A stretch of 64,000 bases of DNA from an uncultured Eubacteriales bacterium (GCA_934463035.1 CAKSIG010000003.1:96049-160048), one strand, 5' to 3'. Counted from the stretch's first letter, positions 6,627 to 16,344 are shown. Notes: generated by a model from the sequence alone, not told the origin. Numbers and translations: made by a program.

Positions 6627-8990
6627 TTGCGTATGGATTTTATTGAACTTCGCCGAGCGGTCATAAAAAAAGATTTCGGCAATATGAACGATATGCAGTT
6701 TAAGGCTGTAACAACGGTAAACGGACCGCTTTTGGTGCTTGCGGGCGCAGGCAGCGGAAAAACAACGGTTCTTGTAAACAGGATAGCCAATATGGTCAAA
6801 TACGGCAATGCGTATAACAGCGCATTTGTGCCGAATGTTAGCGATGAAGCCGTTAAAACGGGCGAAGATTTTCTTGACGGTAAAACCGACTGCGTGCCTG
6901 ACGGTGTTTTCGGTGTTGACGTTGTAAGACCGTGGGAAATTCTTGCTATCACCTTCACCAACAAGGCGGCAGGAGAGCTTAAAGAGCGTATTGCTAAGAA
7001 ACTCGGCGAACGTGCGGACGATATTTGGGCCGGAACTTTCCATTCGGTCTGCGGTAAAATTTTAAGGCGCAACGCGGCTGTGCTTGGCTTTACTTCTCAC
7101 TTTACAATATACGATACGGACGACCAGCGCCGCCTTATGAAAGAAATAATGAAGCAAAACCGAATTGACGATAAACTGCTGCCGCATAAAAGCGCACTGT
7201 CGGCAATATCGTCGGCAAAGGATATGCTTATATCGCCGTCGGAGTATAAAAAAACGGCAGGCGGAGATTACAGAAAACAGGCGATAGGCGAGCTTTATGA
7301 AATTTATCAGAAACGCCTGCAAAATGCCGACGCTATGGACTTTGACGATATGATAGTCAACACCGTGCGGCTGCTTGAAAGCAACGACGATATTCTGGAT
7401 TACTACGGCAATAAATTCAAATACATAATGGTGGACGAGTATCAGGATACCAACCACGCCCAATATGTGCTTGTGAGCCTTCTTGCTTCTAAACACAACA
7501 ATCTTTGCGTTGTGGGCGATGATGACCAGAGTATCTATAAATTCAGAGGGGCTACAATAGAGAATATTCTTAATTTTGAAGACGAATATGCGAACGCCGT
7601 TACCATACGTCTTGAACAGAACTATCGTTCAACCTCTAACATTCTTAACGCCGCAAACGGCGTTATAAAAAATAACACAGGCAGAAAAGGCAAGACGCTT
7701 TGGACCGACAAGGGCGTGGGCTCCAAGGTGGAAATATACACGGCTGACGACGAACGCGGCGAGGCAAGATACGTCGCGGAAAAAATTCTTGAAAACGTAA
7801 GAAAAGGGGATAAATTCTCCGACCACGCCGTGCTGTACCGTATGAATGCCCAATCAAACGCGCTTGAAAACGTGTTTGCAAGAAGCGGTATATCATATAA
7901 AGTCATCGGTGGATTTCGATTCTTTGAACGCAAGGAAATAAAGGATATTCTCGCCTATTTGCAGGTGATTAACAACAACCGCGACAATGTTCGCCTGAGA
8001 AGAATAGTAAACGAGCCGAAACGCGGCATAGGCGATACAACGATAGGAAACGCTCTTGAAATAGCCGAACAGCTCGGAATATCGCTTTTTGAGGTCTTCA
8101 AAAGAGCCGATGAGTTTACGGGCACGTCAAGAGCCGCCGCAAAACTCAAAAACTTTTGCGATATTATTGATGAGTTGACCGATGCTGCCGAAGAAATGCC
8201 TATGAGCGAACTGTTTGAGCTTATGCTTGATAAGACGGGATATAGACAGGCGCTTGTCGACGAGGGCGAGGAAGCCGCCGACAGGCTTGACAACGTAAAG
8301 GAATTTTCGACCAATATCTTGCAGTATGAGCTTGAAAACGATGAACCGACCCTCTCTGCATTTCTTGAAGAGATAGCGCTTGTAAGCGATATAGATTCTA
8401 TGAACGAGAATGATGACAGCGTTATTTTAATGACGGTACATTCGGCAAAGGGACTTGAATTCAACAACGTGTTTATTGTCGGTATGGAGGACGGAATTTT
8501 CCCGGGGAACCAATCAATTTACTGCGGTCCCGACGAGATAGAGGAAGAACGCCGCCTTTGCTATGTTGCAATAACGCGCGCAAGGCGCAACCTTTATATC
8601 ACCAACGCTTCTACAAGAATGATATTCGGTATGACGAACCGAAACCGACAGTCAAGGTTTGTCGGTGAAATACCGTCAGAGTGTTGCGAAATAAAGTCTT
8701 CGGGACTTGAATACGTTATGAAAAGCAGAAATTCTTCGGCGGTTCAGCAAAAAACCGCGCCGAAAAGGGCGGCATTTGCGTCGTCCTTTGTCGCAGGCTC
8801 GGGTGTTTCCTCCTCCGCTGCGGAGAAAACAGTTTATTCTGTCGGTCAGCGCGTAGAACACAAGACCTTCGGACAGGGTATGATTGTTTCAACCGTGCCT
8901 ATGGGAAACGACACAATGCTTGAAATTGCTTTTGATTCGGTTGGCACAAAGAAGCTAATGTCAAACTTTGCAAAATTAAAAATTCTGTAA
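6627..8990 (+). CDS. pcrA: ATP-dependent DNA helicase PcrA/UvrD (superfamily 1)
   Basis: 787 aa. Walker A LAGAGSGKTT, motif II VDEYQDTN, motif VI VHSAKGLEF...VAITRAR, and a C-terminal Tudor-like tail (VEHKTFGQGMIV). The track start is TTG 6627; ATG 6633 (MDFIELRR) is an equally plausible start. Confidence 0.95.
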   Translation: MRMDFIELRRAVIKKDFGNMNDMQFKAVTTVNGPLLVLAGAGSGKTTVLVNRIANMVKYGNAYNSAFVPNVSDEAVKTGEDFLDGKTDCVPDGVFGVDVVRPWEILAITFTNKAAGELKERIAKKLGERADDIWAGTFHSVCGKILRRNAAVLGFTSHFTIYDTDDQRRLMKEIMKQNRIDDKLLPHKSALSAISSAKDMLISPSEYKKTAGGDYRKQAIGELYEIYQKRLQNADAMDFDDMIVNTVRLLESNDDILDYYGNKFKYIMVDEYQDTNHAQYVLVSLLASKHNNLCVVGDDDQSIYKFRGATIENILNFEDEYANAVTIRLEQNYRSTSNILNAANGVIKNNTGRKGKTLWTDKGVGSKVEIYTADDERGEARYVAEKILENVRKGDKFSDHAVLYRMNAQSNALENVFARSGISYKVIGGFRFFERKEIKDILAYLQVINNNRDNVRLRRIVNEPKRGIGDTTIGNALEIAEQLGISLFEVFKRADEFTGTSRAAAKLKNFCDIIDELTDAAEEMPMSELFELMLDKTGYRQALVDEGEEAADRLDNVKEFSTNILQYELENDEPTLSAFLEEIALVSDIDSMNENDDSVILMTVHSAKGLEFNNVFIVGMEDGIFPGNQSIYCGPDEIEEERRLCYVAITRARRNLYITNASTRMIFGMTNRNRQSRFVGEIPSECCEIKSSGLEYVMKSRNSSAVQQKTAPKRAAFASSFVAGSGVSSSAAEKTVYSVGQRVEHKTFGQGMIVSTVPMGNDTMLEIAFDSVGTKKLMSNFAKLKIL

Positions 8991-9001
8991 TATTTTTTAA
9001 A

Positions 9002-9029
9002 TTGAATTTTTTGAATTTATTGGTATAAT
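9002..9029 (+). promoter_or_regulatory. Putative sigma-A promoter for the DUF975-DUF5412-maf genes
   Basis: TTGAAT (9002-9007), a 16-nt spacer, then TGgTATAAT (extended -10, hexamer 9024-9029). Confidence 0.45.
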
Positions 9030-9063
9030 TATTAGTGTAACAGAAAAGACGGGAGTGAATTGT

Positions 9064-9864
9064 ATGACGGCGGGCAGCTCTGTGGTAAAGATAACTGCAA
9101 AAACCGCATTAAAGGGTAATTGGCTCAGGTGCATTGCGGCGGGTATGGTGTTTATTGTGTCGGCTATGGCTGTTTCGCTGACAGCCCAGCTGTTGTATCA
9201 CTCCGCTGGTACTGTGTGCTATTCGGCGGCGTTCATACTCCTGTCCGTTTTCATTTTGGCTCCGCTGTTTATCGGCACGCTGAGATATTTTTGGCGTATG
9301 CTGTTCGGTGTTAAAGACAGCGTATCGTCGGTTTTTTATTATTTTTCTTCATGTTTGGATTATTTAAGGGCGCTTAAATTAACGGTCGGTATGTTCGTCC
9401 GTTTCGGGCTGACCGCGGTTGCGCTTAATATACCGTATTATTTGGTTCAATTGGTTTCGTCCTCGTGGTTTTACGATTGGTTTGATATGGCAAGACCTAT
9501 TTGGACGGCAAATCTCCAACCGCTCGCAATGATACTCAGAATAGTGGCGTCGGTGGGCGTTTTCTTTACAATGATACGTTACTATGCGGCTCCTATGTTA
9601 TTTGTCGCCGATGATAACATAAACGTTGCCGAGGCTTTCCATACGTCCTCCGTAATAGCTAAGGTCGGCGCTATTGATTTTGTTTATTTGTGTTTCAGCT
9701 TTTTAGGGTGGATAATACTCTCGGTATTTGTTTTTCCGCTTATGTTTACATTTCCCTATATGATAACGGCTTACCTTGTTCATACGCGCTTTGCCGTTGC
9801 ACAGTATAATAAGCATATAGAGCAATCCGACTCCGCCGCTGATACTTTTGCCGAAGGGTTTTGA
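9064..9864 (+). CDS. DUF975-family integral membrane protein
   Basis: Multi-pass membrane protein. The N-terminal ITAKTALKGNWLRCIAAGMV matches the aKxaLKGNW opening I recall for DUF975. ATG 9064 is preferred over the track start GTG 9055. Confidence 0.6.
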   Translation: MTAGSSVVKITAKTALKGNWLRCIAAGMVFIVSAMAVSLTAQLLYHSAGTVCYSAAFILLSVFILAPLFIGTLRYFWRMLFGVKDSVSSVFYYFSSCLDYLRALKLTVGMFVRFGLTAVALNIPYYLVQLVSSSWFYDWFDMARPIWTANLQPLAMILRIVASVGVFFTMIRYYAAPMLFVADDNINVAEAFHTSSVIAKVGAIDFVYLCFSFLGWIILSVFVFPLMFTFPYMITAYLVHTRFAVAQYNKHIEQSDSAADTFAEGF

Positions 9865-9869
9865 GGGAA

Positions 9870-10283
9870 ATGAAAAAAACTGCCGCTTTTAAAATTTTTT
9901 ATATTGCCGCGCTTTTTATGACCTTGGTTAATATTTTCTTTTTTGTAAAGGATTCATTTTTCTTCAAAATGTCCGATTTGCCTACGGGTAAGCTGATAGC
10001 TACGCTTGATTCTTCAAACGGCGTCGGAACGCTTTCGATGTATAAGGTTGAAAATTCCCTCGGAAGCGCGATCCGTGTGCAGTATAACAACGTCGCGGGT
10101 AAAAAACATACAAACGTTTTCTGGCAGACTGATATTGACATCGCCGATATGGAATGGGTCAATGATGAAAATATTATGATAAACAACATAATGATAAACG
10201 TCGCAAAAGGCGGTTATTACGATTGCCGCCGCGGTATGTCCATTATGACCGAGGGCTCCATAGAACCGGAGGCAAAGCAGTGA
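9870..10283 (+). CDS. Small membrane-anchored protein, DUF5412-like
   Basis: One N-terminal TM (AAFKIFYIAALFMTLVNIFFFV). The C-terminal MEWVNDENIMINNIMINVAKGGYYDCRRG resembles the DUF5412 ending (W.d...v.INg...v....YD.R). ATG 9870 is preferred over TTG 9861. Its stop overlaps the maf start (TGATG). Confidence 0.5.
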   Translation: MKKTAAFKIFYIAALFMTLVNIFFFVKDSFFFKMSDLPTGKLIATLDSSNGVGTLSMYKVENSLGSAIRVQYNNVAGKKHTNVFWQTDIDIADMEWVNDENIMINNIMINVAKGGYYDCRRGMSIMTEGSIEPEAKQ

Positions 10284-10849
10284 TGGATATTATTCTGGCG
10301 TCGGCGTCACCGAGACGCAGTGAGCTTTTAAAATTTGTCTGCGGCGGTTTTCGCACAGTCGTTTCTGATTTCGAGGAAATTGCTCCCGAGGGTTTAGCTC
10401 CCGAAAGATTGCCTGAATATTTTGCCTTGGGCAAAGCAAAACAGGTTGAAAAGTCTTATCCCGACAGCGTTGTGATAGGCGCCGATACTGCGGTTATTTT
10501 AGACGGTAAGGCTCTCGGCAAGCCACGCACCGATAATGAAGCAAGGGAGATGCTTTTATCCCTTTCGGGTAAAACTCATAATGTGGTAACGGGTTGCACC
10601 GTTATATCGGGTGAGAAAAGCGTGTCTTTTTCGGTGTGTACCGAAGTTAAGTTTTATCCTCTTAGTTCTGACGAAATTGAGAAATATATCAAAACAGGCG
10701 AACCTTTTGACAAAGCCGGCGCATACGGAATACAGGGGAAAGGCGCGCTTTTTGTTGAAAAAATAAACGGTGATTATTATAATGTGGTAGGACTTCCGAT
10801 AGCTAAACTCAAAAGGGTTTTGGAACAGGATTTTCAAATAACTTTATGA
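10283..10849 (+). CDS. maf: Maf-like nucleoside triphosphate pyrophosphatase / septum formation protein
   Basis: The canonical N-terminus MDIILASASPRRSELL begins at ATG 10283, so the track ORF start at 10223 is an upstream extension. Also GADTAV and AGAYGIQG motifs. Confidence 0.9.
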   Translation: MDIILASASPRRSELLKFVCGGFRTVVSDFEEIAPEGLAPERLPEYFALGKAKQVEKSYPDSVVIGADTAVILDGKALGKPRTDNEAREMLLSLSGKTHNVVTGCTVISGEKSVSFSVCTEVKFYPLSSDEIEKYIKTGEPFDKAGAYGIQGKGALFVEKINGDYYNVVGLPIAKLKRVLEQDFQITL

Positions 10850-10861
10850 AAGGACTGCTGT

Positions 10862-11434
10862 ATGTCTAAGTTTACAAAAAATGCGATTACCGATGCGTTT
10901 ATTGAACTGATAAGCGAACGTCCGCTTGATAAAATAACCGTTAAGGATATAGTGAACAGGTGCGGTGTTAACAGAAACACGTTTTATTACTATTACCGCG
11001 ATATTTACGAGCTGGTAGAGGACGTTTTTGAAACCGAAACGCAGAGAATATTGGGCGAGGTAAGCGTTTTCGAGTCGTGGCAGGACGCGTTTATAAAGGC
11101 AACCGATTTTGCATATAAAAACCGTCAGGGCATTTACCATATATATAAGTCGATAAGCCGCGAACAGCTTGAAAACTATCTCAATAAGGTAACTCTTAAT
11201 AATATGCTTGCTTTCACCAAAAATATCGCAAGGGATATTAACGCAAGCGATGAAGACATATATATGGTGTCAATGTTTTATACGCACGCGCTTGTCGGAA
11301 TAGTCCTGCAATGGCTGAACGACGGTATGCGCGAGGATCCGTATACTTACATAAATAAACTCGGCAAATTGCTTGACGGCAATATAAAACAGACCCTTGA
11401 AAGAAATGCAACACCGAAAAGTCAGACAAATTAA
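10862..11434 (+). CDS. TetR/AcrR-family transcriptional regulator (DhaS-like)
   Basis: 190 aa. N-terminal HTH ITVKDIVNRCGVNRNTFYYYYRDIYELVEDVF. Confidence 0.85.
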   Translation: MSKFTKNAITDAFIELISERPLDKITVKDIVNRCGVNRNTFYYYYRDIYELVEDVFETETQRILGEVSVFESWQDAFIKATDFAYKNRQGIYHIYKSISREQLENYLNKVTLNNMLAFTKNIARDINASDEDIYMVSMFYTHALVGIVLQWLNDGMREDPYTYINKLGKLLDGNIKQTLERNATPKSQTN

Positions 11435-11463
11435 GCCTTTTGTCTGTTTTTTAGGCATATTAC

Positions 11464-11499
11464 GCCTGCTGTGTAAATTTTACACAGCAGGCTTTTTTT
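11464..11499 (+). terminator. Rho-independent terminator after the TetR gene
   Basis: 12-bp perfect stem GCCTGCTGTGTA / TACACAGCAGGC with a 5-nt loop, followed by TTTTTTT. Confidence 0.85.
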
Positions 11500-11564
11500 G
11501 TCTGTTGTTACCTTCGGATTTTTGGATATAATCTATTAATGTAAAATAAGAAGGAGGGATAGGT

Positions 11565-12122
11565 ATGAAAACAATAAAACAGGCAAAGGCTTGCTACATT
11601 ATATGCTCGCTTCTTTTCGTGGCGGCGGGTATAACCATAATCGCCTTGCCGAGAATGTCATCGCTCGTGATATGTTATATTGTCGGCGGAATTTCGCTTT
11701 TGTACGGAATTACGAAAATACTCGGCTATATATCGCGCGACCTTTATAATCTTGCTTTTCAGTTCGATTTGTCGCTCGGTATATTCTCGGCGGCAATGGG
11801 AGCGATATTGCTTTTAATACCCGACAGAATAATTAATTTTCTTCCTGTCATAATCGGACTTTGCATTATGATAGACGGCGTGTTCAAACTGCAAACCGCG
11901 ATTGACGCAAAGCGTTTCGGACTGCCGAGCTGGTGGGTAATATTGCTTGGCGCAATAGTCTGCATAGTTTTGAGCTTTTTACTTGTTTTCAATCCGTTTG
12001 AGGGAGCAAACGCGTTGATGGTTCTTGTGGGAATTTCGCTTTTGTTTGACGGGTTGCAGAATTTGTTTAATGCTTTTTACACGGTGAAAATTATGAAACA
12101 GACTAAGGAGAGGTTTAAATGA
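11565..12122 (+). CDS. DUF308/HdeD-like membrane protein
   Basis: 185 aa with six predicted TM helices arranged as repeated short hydrophobic pairs (GGISLLYGITKILGYI, LMVLVGISLLFDGLQNLF). Its stop overlaps the MMPL start (ATGA). Confidence 0.6.
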   Translation: MKTIKQAKACYIICSLLFVAAGITIIALPRMSSLVICYIVGGISLLYGITKILGYISRDLYNLAFQFDLSLGIFSAAMGAILLLIPDRIINFLPVIIGLCIMIDGVFKLQTAIDAKRFGLPSWWVILLGAIVCIVLSFLLVFNPFEGANALMVLVGISLLFDGLQNLFNAFYTVKIMKQTKERFK

Positions 12123-14215
12123 TAAAATTCTCTAAGGCTATCGTAAAGATGCGTGTTGTGATATTGATAGTCGCAATTGTATTGCTGGTGCCGTCTGTCT
12201 TCGGCATTGTAAACACGCGTATCAACTACGATATGCTTACATATTTGCCCGATAACATTGATACCGTAAAGGGTCAGGACATACTTATGGAGGACTTCGG
12301 CAAAGGGGCGTTTTCCTTTGTTATAGTTGAGGGTATGGACGACAAAGATGTTTCCGAGCTTCGTAAAAATATTGAAAAGATAGACCACGTTGAAACGGCG
12401 CTTTGGTATGACAGTATAATGGATATTTCGGTTCCGAAAGAGGTACTGCCCGAAAAGGTGTATAATGCGTTTAATTCGGATAATTCAACCGTTATAGCGG
12501 TGTTCTTTGACACTTCGACCTCTGCTAATGAAACTATGGACGCAATAAAGCAGGTTCGCAAGGTTGCGGGCAAGGATTGCTTCATAACAGGTATGTCGGC
12601 GGTCGTTACGGACCTTAAAGACCTGTGCGAGCGCGAGGAACCGATATATGTCGGAATTGCCGTTGCGCTTTGCTGTGTTGCTATGATGCTGTTTATGGAT
12701 AACTGGATAATACCGTTTATATTCCTTACAAGTATCGGTATGGCAATACTCCTAAATCTCGGAACCAACTACTTTATGGGCGAGATTTCCTACATCACCA
12801 AGGCGCTTTCCGCTGTCTTGCAGCTTGCCGTTACTATGGACTATTCAATATTCCTGTGGCACAGCTACGAGGAGCAAAAAGAACGCTATCAGGGCGATAA
12901 ACAGCGCGCTATGGCGCACGCCATTAAGGCAACCATAACCTCTGTAATAGGCAGTTCAATAACTACCGTCGCTGGATTTATAGCGCTTTGCTTTATGACC
13001 TATACGCTCGGTATCGACCTCGGTATCGTAATGGCAAAGGGCGTTATATTCGGCGTTATCGGATGTATAACAACCCTGCCTTCGTTAATACTTGTGCTTG
13101 ATAAACCGCTTGAAAAGACTATGCACAAGCCGTTGATACCGCAGATGAAAAAAACCTCCGAATTTATCGTTAAAAGATATTGGGTGTTTTTGCTTGCATT
13201 CGTTATAGCCGTTGTACCTGCTTATATATGCTACTCAAAGGCAAACAAAGAGGTTTACTACGATATGACAAAGTGCATACCTGAGGATATGGAATGTATA
13301 ATAGCAAACTCAAAATTAAAAGACGAATTTGCGGTAGGTTCAACCCATATGCTGCTTGTTGAGACCGATACGCCCGATAAGGACGTCCGCGCTATGACCT
13401 CTGAAATGGAAAAGGTTGACGGCGTTAAGTACGTTTTGGGTCTTAAATCGGTTGTAGGACCTCTGGTTCCCGAAGAAATAATACCCGATTCAATAAAATC
13501 AATACTCGAAAGCGATAAGTGGGAGCTTATGCTCATTAACTCGGAATACACCGTCGCAAGCGATGAGGTAAATAAACAGGTATCCGAGATTAACGACATA
13601 CTCAAAAAGTATGACGACGGCGGAATGTTGATAGGCGAGGCGCCCTGCACCAAGGATATGATCGAAATAACCAATCACGACTTTGACGTTGTAAACACAA
13701 TTTCAATAATCGCTATATTCGTTATTATACTTTTGGTGCTTAAAAGCGTTTCAATACCCGTTATACTTGTCGCGGTTATCGAATTTGCAATTTTCATAAA
13801 CCTCGGAATACCGCATTTAACGGGAACCTCGCTTCCGTTTATTGCGCCTATCTGTATAAGCACAATTCAGCTCGGTTCTACGGTTGACTATGCTATACTT
13901 ATGACTACAAGGTATAAGAGAGAACGCTCGCTCGGTAACGATAAGCAAACGTCGGTAACGACGGCGCTCAGAACCTCAATGCCGTCAATTATGGTAAGCG
14001 CGCTGGGATTTTTCGCGGCGACGTTCGGCGTGGGACTGTATTCGGACATCGACATTATAAGCTCTATGTGCAACCTTATGGCAAGGGGCGCTTTAATCAG
14101 TATGGTATGCGTAATCACTTTGGTTCCTGCTATGTTTATGCTGTTTGATAAGGTGATCTGCAATACAAGTCTTGGGTTCAAATTCAAGAAAAATACAGAC
14201 GGAGGTAATAAATAA
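12119..14215 (+). CDS. MMPL/RND-superfamily membrane transporter
   Basis: 698 aa. It consists of two repeats, each with one TM, a soluble loop of about 150 aa and a 5-TM bundle. Typical of Gram-positive MMPL (YdfJ/YdgH-like) exporters. Confidence 0.8.
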   Translation: MIKFSKAIVKMRVVILIVAIVLLVPSVFGIVNTRINYDMLTYLPDNIDTVKGQDILMEDFGKGAFSFVIVEGMDDKDVSELRKNIEKIDHVETALWYDSIMDISVPKEVLPEKVYNAFNSDNSTVIAVFFDTSTSANETMDAIKQVRKVAGKDCFITGMSAVVTDLKDLCEREEPIYVGIAVALCCVAMMLFMDNWIIPFIFLTSIGMAILLNLGTNYFMGEISYITKALSAVLQLAVTMDYSIFLWHSYEEQKERYQGDKQRAMAHAIKATITSVIGSSITTVAGFIALCFMTYTLGIDLGIVMAKGVIFGVIGCITTLPSLILVLDKPLEKTMHKPLIPQMKKTSEFIVKRYWVFLLAFVIAVVPAYICYSKANKEVYYDMTKCIPEDMECIIANSKLKDEFAVGSTHMLLVETDTPDKDVRAMTSEMEKVDGVKYVLGLKSVVGPLVPEEIIPDSIKSILESDKWELMLINSEYTVASDEVNKQVSEINDILKKYDDGGMLIGEAPCTKDMIEITNHDFDVVNTISIIAIFVIILLVLKSVSIPVILVAVIEFAIFINLGIPHLTGTSLPFIAPICISTIQLGSTVDYAILMTTRYKRERSLGNDKQTSVTTALRTSMPSIMVSALGFFAATFGVGLYSDIDIISSMCNLMARGALISMVCVITLVPAMFMLFDKVICNTSLGFKFKKNTDGGNK

Positions 14216-16344
14216 TGAAATTCGGGTTTGTAAATAAAAACACCAAAATGATAGCCATTGTCGCTGCCGCTATGATAGTCAGCGGTTCTGTAAGCGTGCT
14301 GTCCTATGCGGCTGTTACAAACAAGGGCGACAAGGCAAACACCGCCGAGTCAAAGCAGACGGAATCTTCGCAAACGTCCGACGCTAAGCTCGCAAAGGAC
14401 GAAACCGTTTACGTTCTCGCCAATGCCGACGGTTCGGTAAAGAAAATTATAGTAAGCGATTGGATAAAGAATAACACTAAATCCGCAACCGTTAAGGACG
14501 GCGGCGAGCTGGACGACGTTAAAAACGTAAAAGGCAACGAAAGCTATACTATGAACGCTGATAATATGCGTGAATGGAATGCCGACGGTAACGACGTTTA
14601 TTTGCAGGGCACTACCGAAAAGCAGTTGCCTGTTGACCTCAGCGTTACATATAAGCTCGACGGTAAAACGGTATCTCCTTCCGAGCTTGCCGGTAAAAGC
14701 GGTAAGGTAAGCATTAGATTTGATTATAAGAATAATCAGTATGAAAACGTGAATATCGACGGTAAGGATACCAAAATATATGTTCCGTTTATAATGCTCA
14801 CAGGAACAATACTTGACGGCGATAAGTTCTCAAATGTTGACGTAACCAACGGTAAAATATTGGGCGACGGCGACCATATAGCGGTCGCGGGCTTTGCGCT
14901 CCCCGGAATGCAGGATAACCTCGCAATTGACAAGGAAAAGCTGGAACTCCCCGATTATGTTGAAATAACCGCTGATGTTAAAGACTTTGAACTTTCAACC
15001 ACTATGACGCTTGCCGTCAACGTTCCGACCGAGGAACTCAGTCTTGACGGAGTTGACAGCCTTGACGGCTTGAAGGCTCAGACCGCAAAGCTCAACGACG
15101 CAATGACGCAGCTTATCGACGGTTCTTCACAGCTTTACGGCGGACTTACAACACTTCTCGGAAAATCCGAAGAATTGGTTGCGGGCATTGATAAAATAGC
15201 CGACTACGCTTCACAGCTCAACGAAGCGGCTCAGGCTATTGACAGCGGAATAAAGACGCAGCTTGTAACCAATAACGACAGCTTAAAGGGCGGCGCCGCA
15301 AAGGTGTTCTCAACCCTTTTGAGCACGGTTCAGACTACTCTTGAAAGCCAGACGGGCACAACCGTCGCCGTGCTGACAGGCGGAAAATATACCGAGCTTA
15401 CCATAGCAAACTATGAAGACGCGCTTGCCGAAATAAAAACCTCTGCTCCGTTTGCCGCAATAGGCAAGGCTTCTCTTGAAGCACAGCTTAAAGAGGGCGG
15501 CGTGCCGACAGAATATGTTGACGCGGCTGTTCAGCTGATATATGACGGATATGCGGCAACAGGCAATTTTGACAGCGCTTTAGCCTCAATGCAGAACGAT
15601 ATGAAGGCTCTTGCAACTATGGGCGAGCTTCAAGGCGTTTCGGTAGATGTAACAAAGGTTCCCACAATAATGGGTATGCTTCAAACCGCCGACCAAAACA
15701 AGGCCGGCGCGGTATATAAGATACTGTCTTATAAAGCGTTTATGTCAGGAGTTTCGGTTGATAACTACATTGCAAGCAACGACGACGTAAATCAGGCGGC
15801 TGCGGTTTATGACAGTTATGTTAAAGTCGCAACCGCAAAGGCTAACCCCGCTCCCGCAAAATTGCAGGCGGTTTACGCGGTAACGGCAGGGCAGGCAAAA
15901 TCAAAAATAACCGCCGGCGTTGACTCGGCTTTGCAGCAGCTTACAGGCACAAAGGAAAACCCGGGATTTAAGTATCTGTATGACGGAATCAACGCCTATA
16001 CCGACGGCGTTGCGGAACTCAGCTCAAAGGTTTCGCTTTATGCCGGCAGTATGAAAGAGTTTAACAGCGGCGCAGGCGAACTCAGCAGTAAGGCGGCGGC
16101 ACTGCCCGACGGCGTTAAACAGCTTCAAGACGGCTCAATGAGACTGTCAAGCGGTATCAAACAGCTTAACGACGAGGGTATACAGAAACTTGTAAGCGCC
16201 GTAGACGGCGACCTCGGCGGTTTGGTTACCAGAATGAAAGCGGTCGTTGACGTTTCTAAGGACTATAAGTCATTTACGGGCCTTGCGGACGGATACGACG
16301 GTAACGTTAAGTTCATATATAAAACCGACGGTATTGAAAAGTAA
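14215..16344 (+). CDS. Membrane-anchored extracytoplasmic protein with xxxLxxG heptad repeats (YhgE/Pip/EsaA-type repeat, but no C-terminal TM bundle)
   Basis: 709 aa with an N-terminal signal anchor (MIAIVAAAMIVSGSVSVLSYA). Heptad-repeat tracts are LNDAMTQLIDGSSQLYGGLTTLLGKSEELVAGIDKI and AYTDGVAELSSKVSLYAGSMKEFNSGAGELSSKAAALPDGVKQLQDGSMRLSSGIKQL. The start overlaps the MMPL stop by 1 nt. Confidence 0.65.
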   Translation: MKFGFVNKNTKMIAIVAAAMIVSGSVSVLSYAAVTNKGDKANTAESKQTESSQTSDAKLAKDETVYVLANADGSVKKIIVSDWIKNNTKSATVKDGGELDDVKNVKGNESYTMNADNMREWNADGNDVYLQGTTEKQLPVDLSVTYKLDGKTVSPSELAGKSGKVSIRFDYKNNQYENVNIDGKDTKIYVPFIMLTGTILDGDKFSNVDVTNGKILGDGDHIAVAGFALPGMQDNLAIDKEKLELPDYVEITADVKDFELSTTMTLAVNVPTEELSLDGVDSLDGLKAQTAKLNDAMTQLIDGSSQLYGGLTTLLGKSEELVAGIDKIADYASQLNEAAQAIDSGIKTQLVTNNDSLKGGAAKVFSTLLSTVQTTLESQTGTTVAVLTGGKYTELTIANYEDALAEIKTSAPFAAIGKASLEAQLKEGGVPTEYVDAAVQLIYDGYAATGNFDSALASMQNDMKALATMGELQGVSVDVTKVPTIMGMLQTADQNKAGAVYKILSYKAFMSGVSVDNYIASNDDVNQAAAVYDSYVKVATAKANPAPAKLQAVYAVTAGQAKSKITAGVDSALQQLTGTKENPGFKYLYDGINAYTDGVAELSSKVSLYAGSMKEFNSGAGELSSKAAALPDGVKQLQDGSMRLSSGIKQLNDEGIQKLVSAVDGDLGGLVTRMKAVVDVSKDYKSFTGLADGYDGNVKFIYKTDGIEK

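Noticed and set aside
4277-6632. Search for LexA (Cheo-box, GAAC-n4-GTTC type) sites upstream of uvrC and pcrA
   Set aside because: No match to the GAAC...GTTC dyad was seen in either upstream region, so no SOS-box claim is made.
6567-7072. Two long overlapping minus-strand ORFs (158 and 156 aa) at the 5' end of pcrA
   Set aside because: They are antisense to a gene with unmistakable helicase motifs. They have no RBS, a low-complexity Ser/Arg/Leu-rich composition typical of antisense frames, and they overlap each other in different frames.
7955-8467. 170-aa Ser-rich minus-strand ORF inside pcrA
   Set aside because: It is the antisense reading of a Glu/Asp/Leu-rich coding region. There are no start-site signals and no recognisable domain.
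12274-14187. Several 60-164-aa minus-strand ORFs inside the MMPL gene
   Set aside because: All are antisense to a coherent 698-aa membrane transporter frame. Their Ser/Ile-rich composition is the mirror of the sense-strand codon bias.
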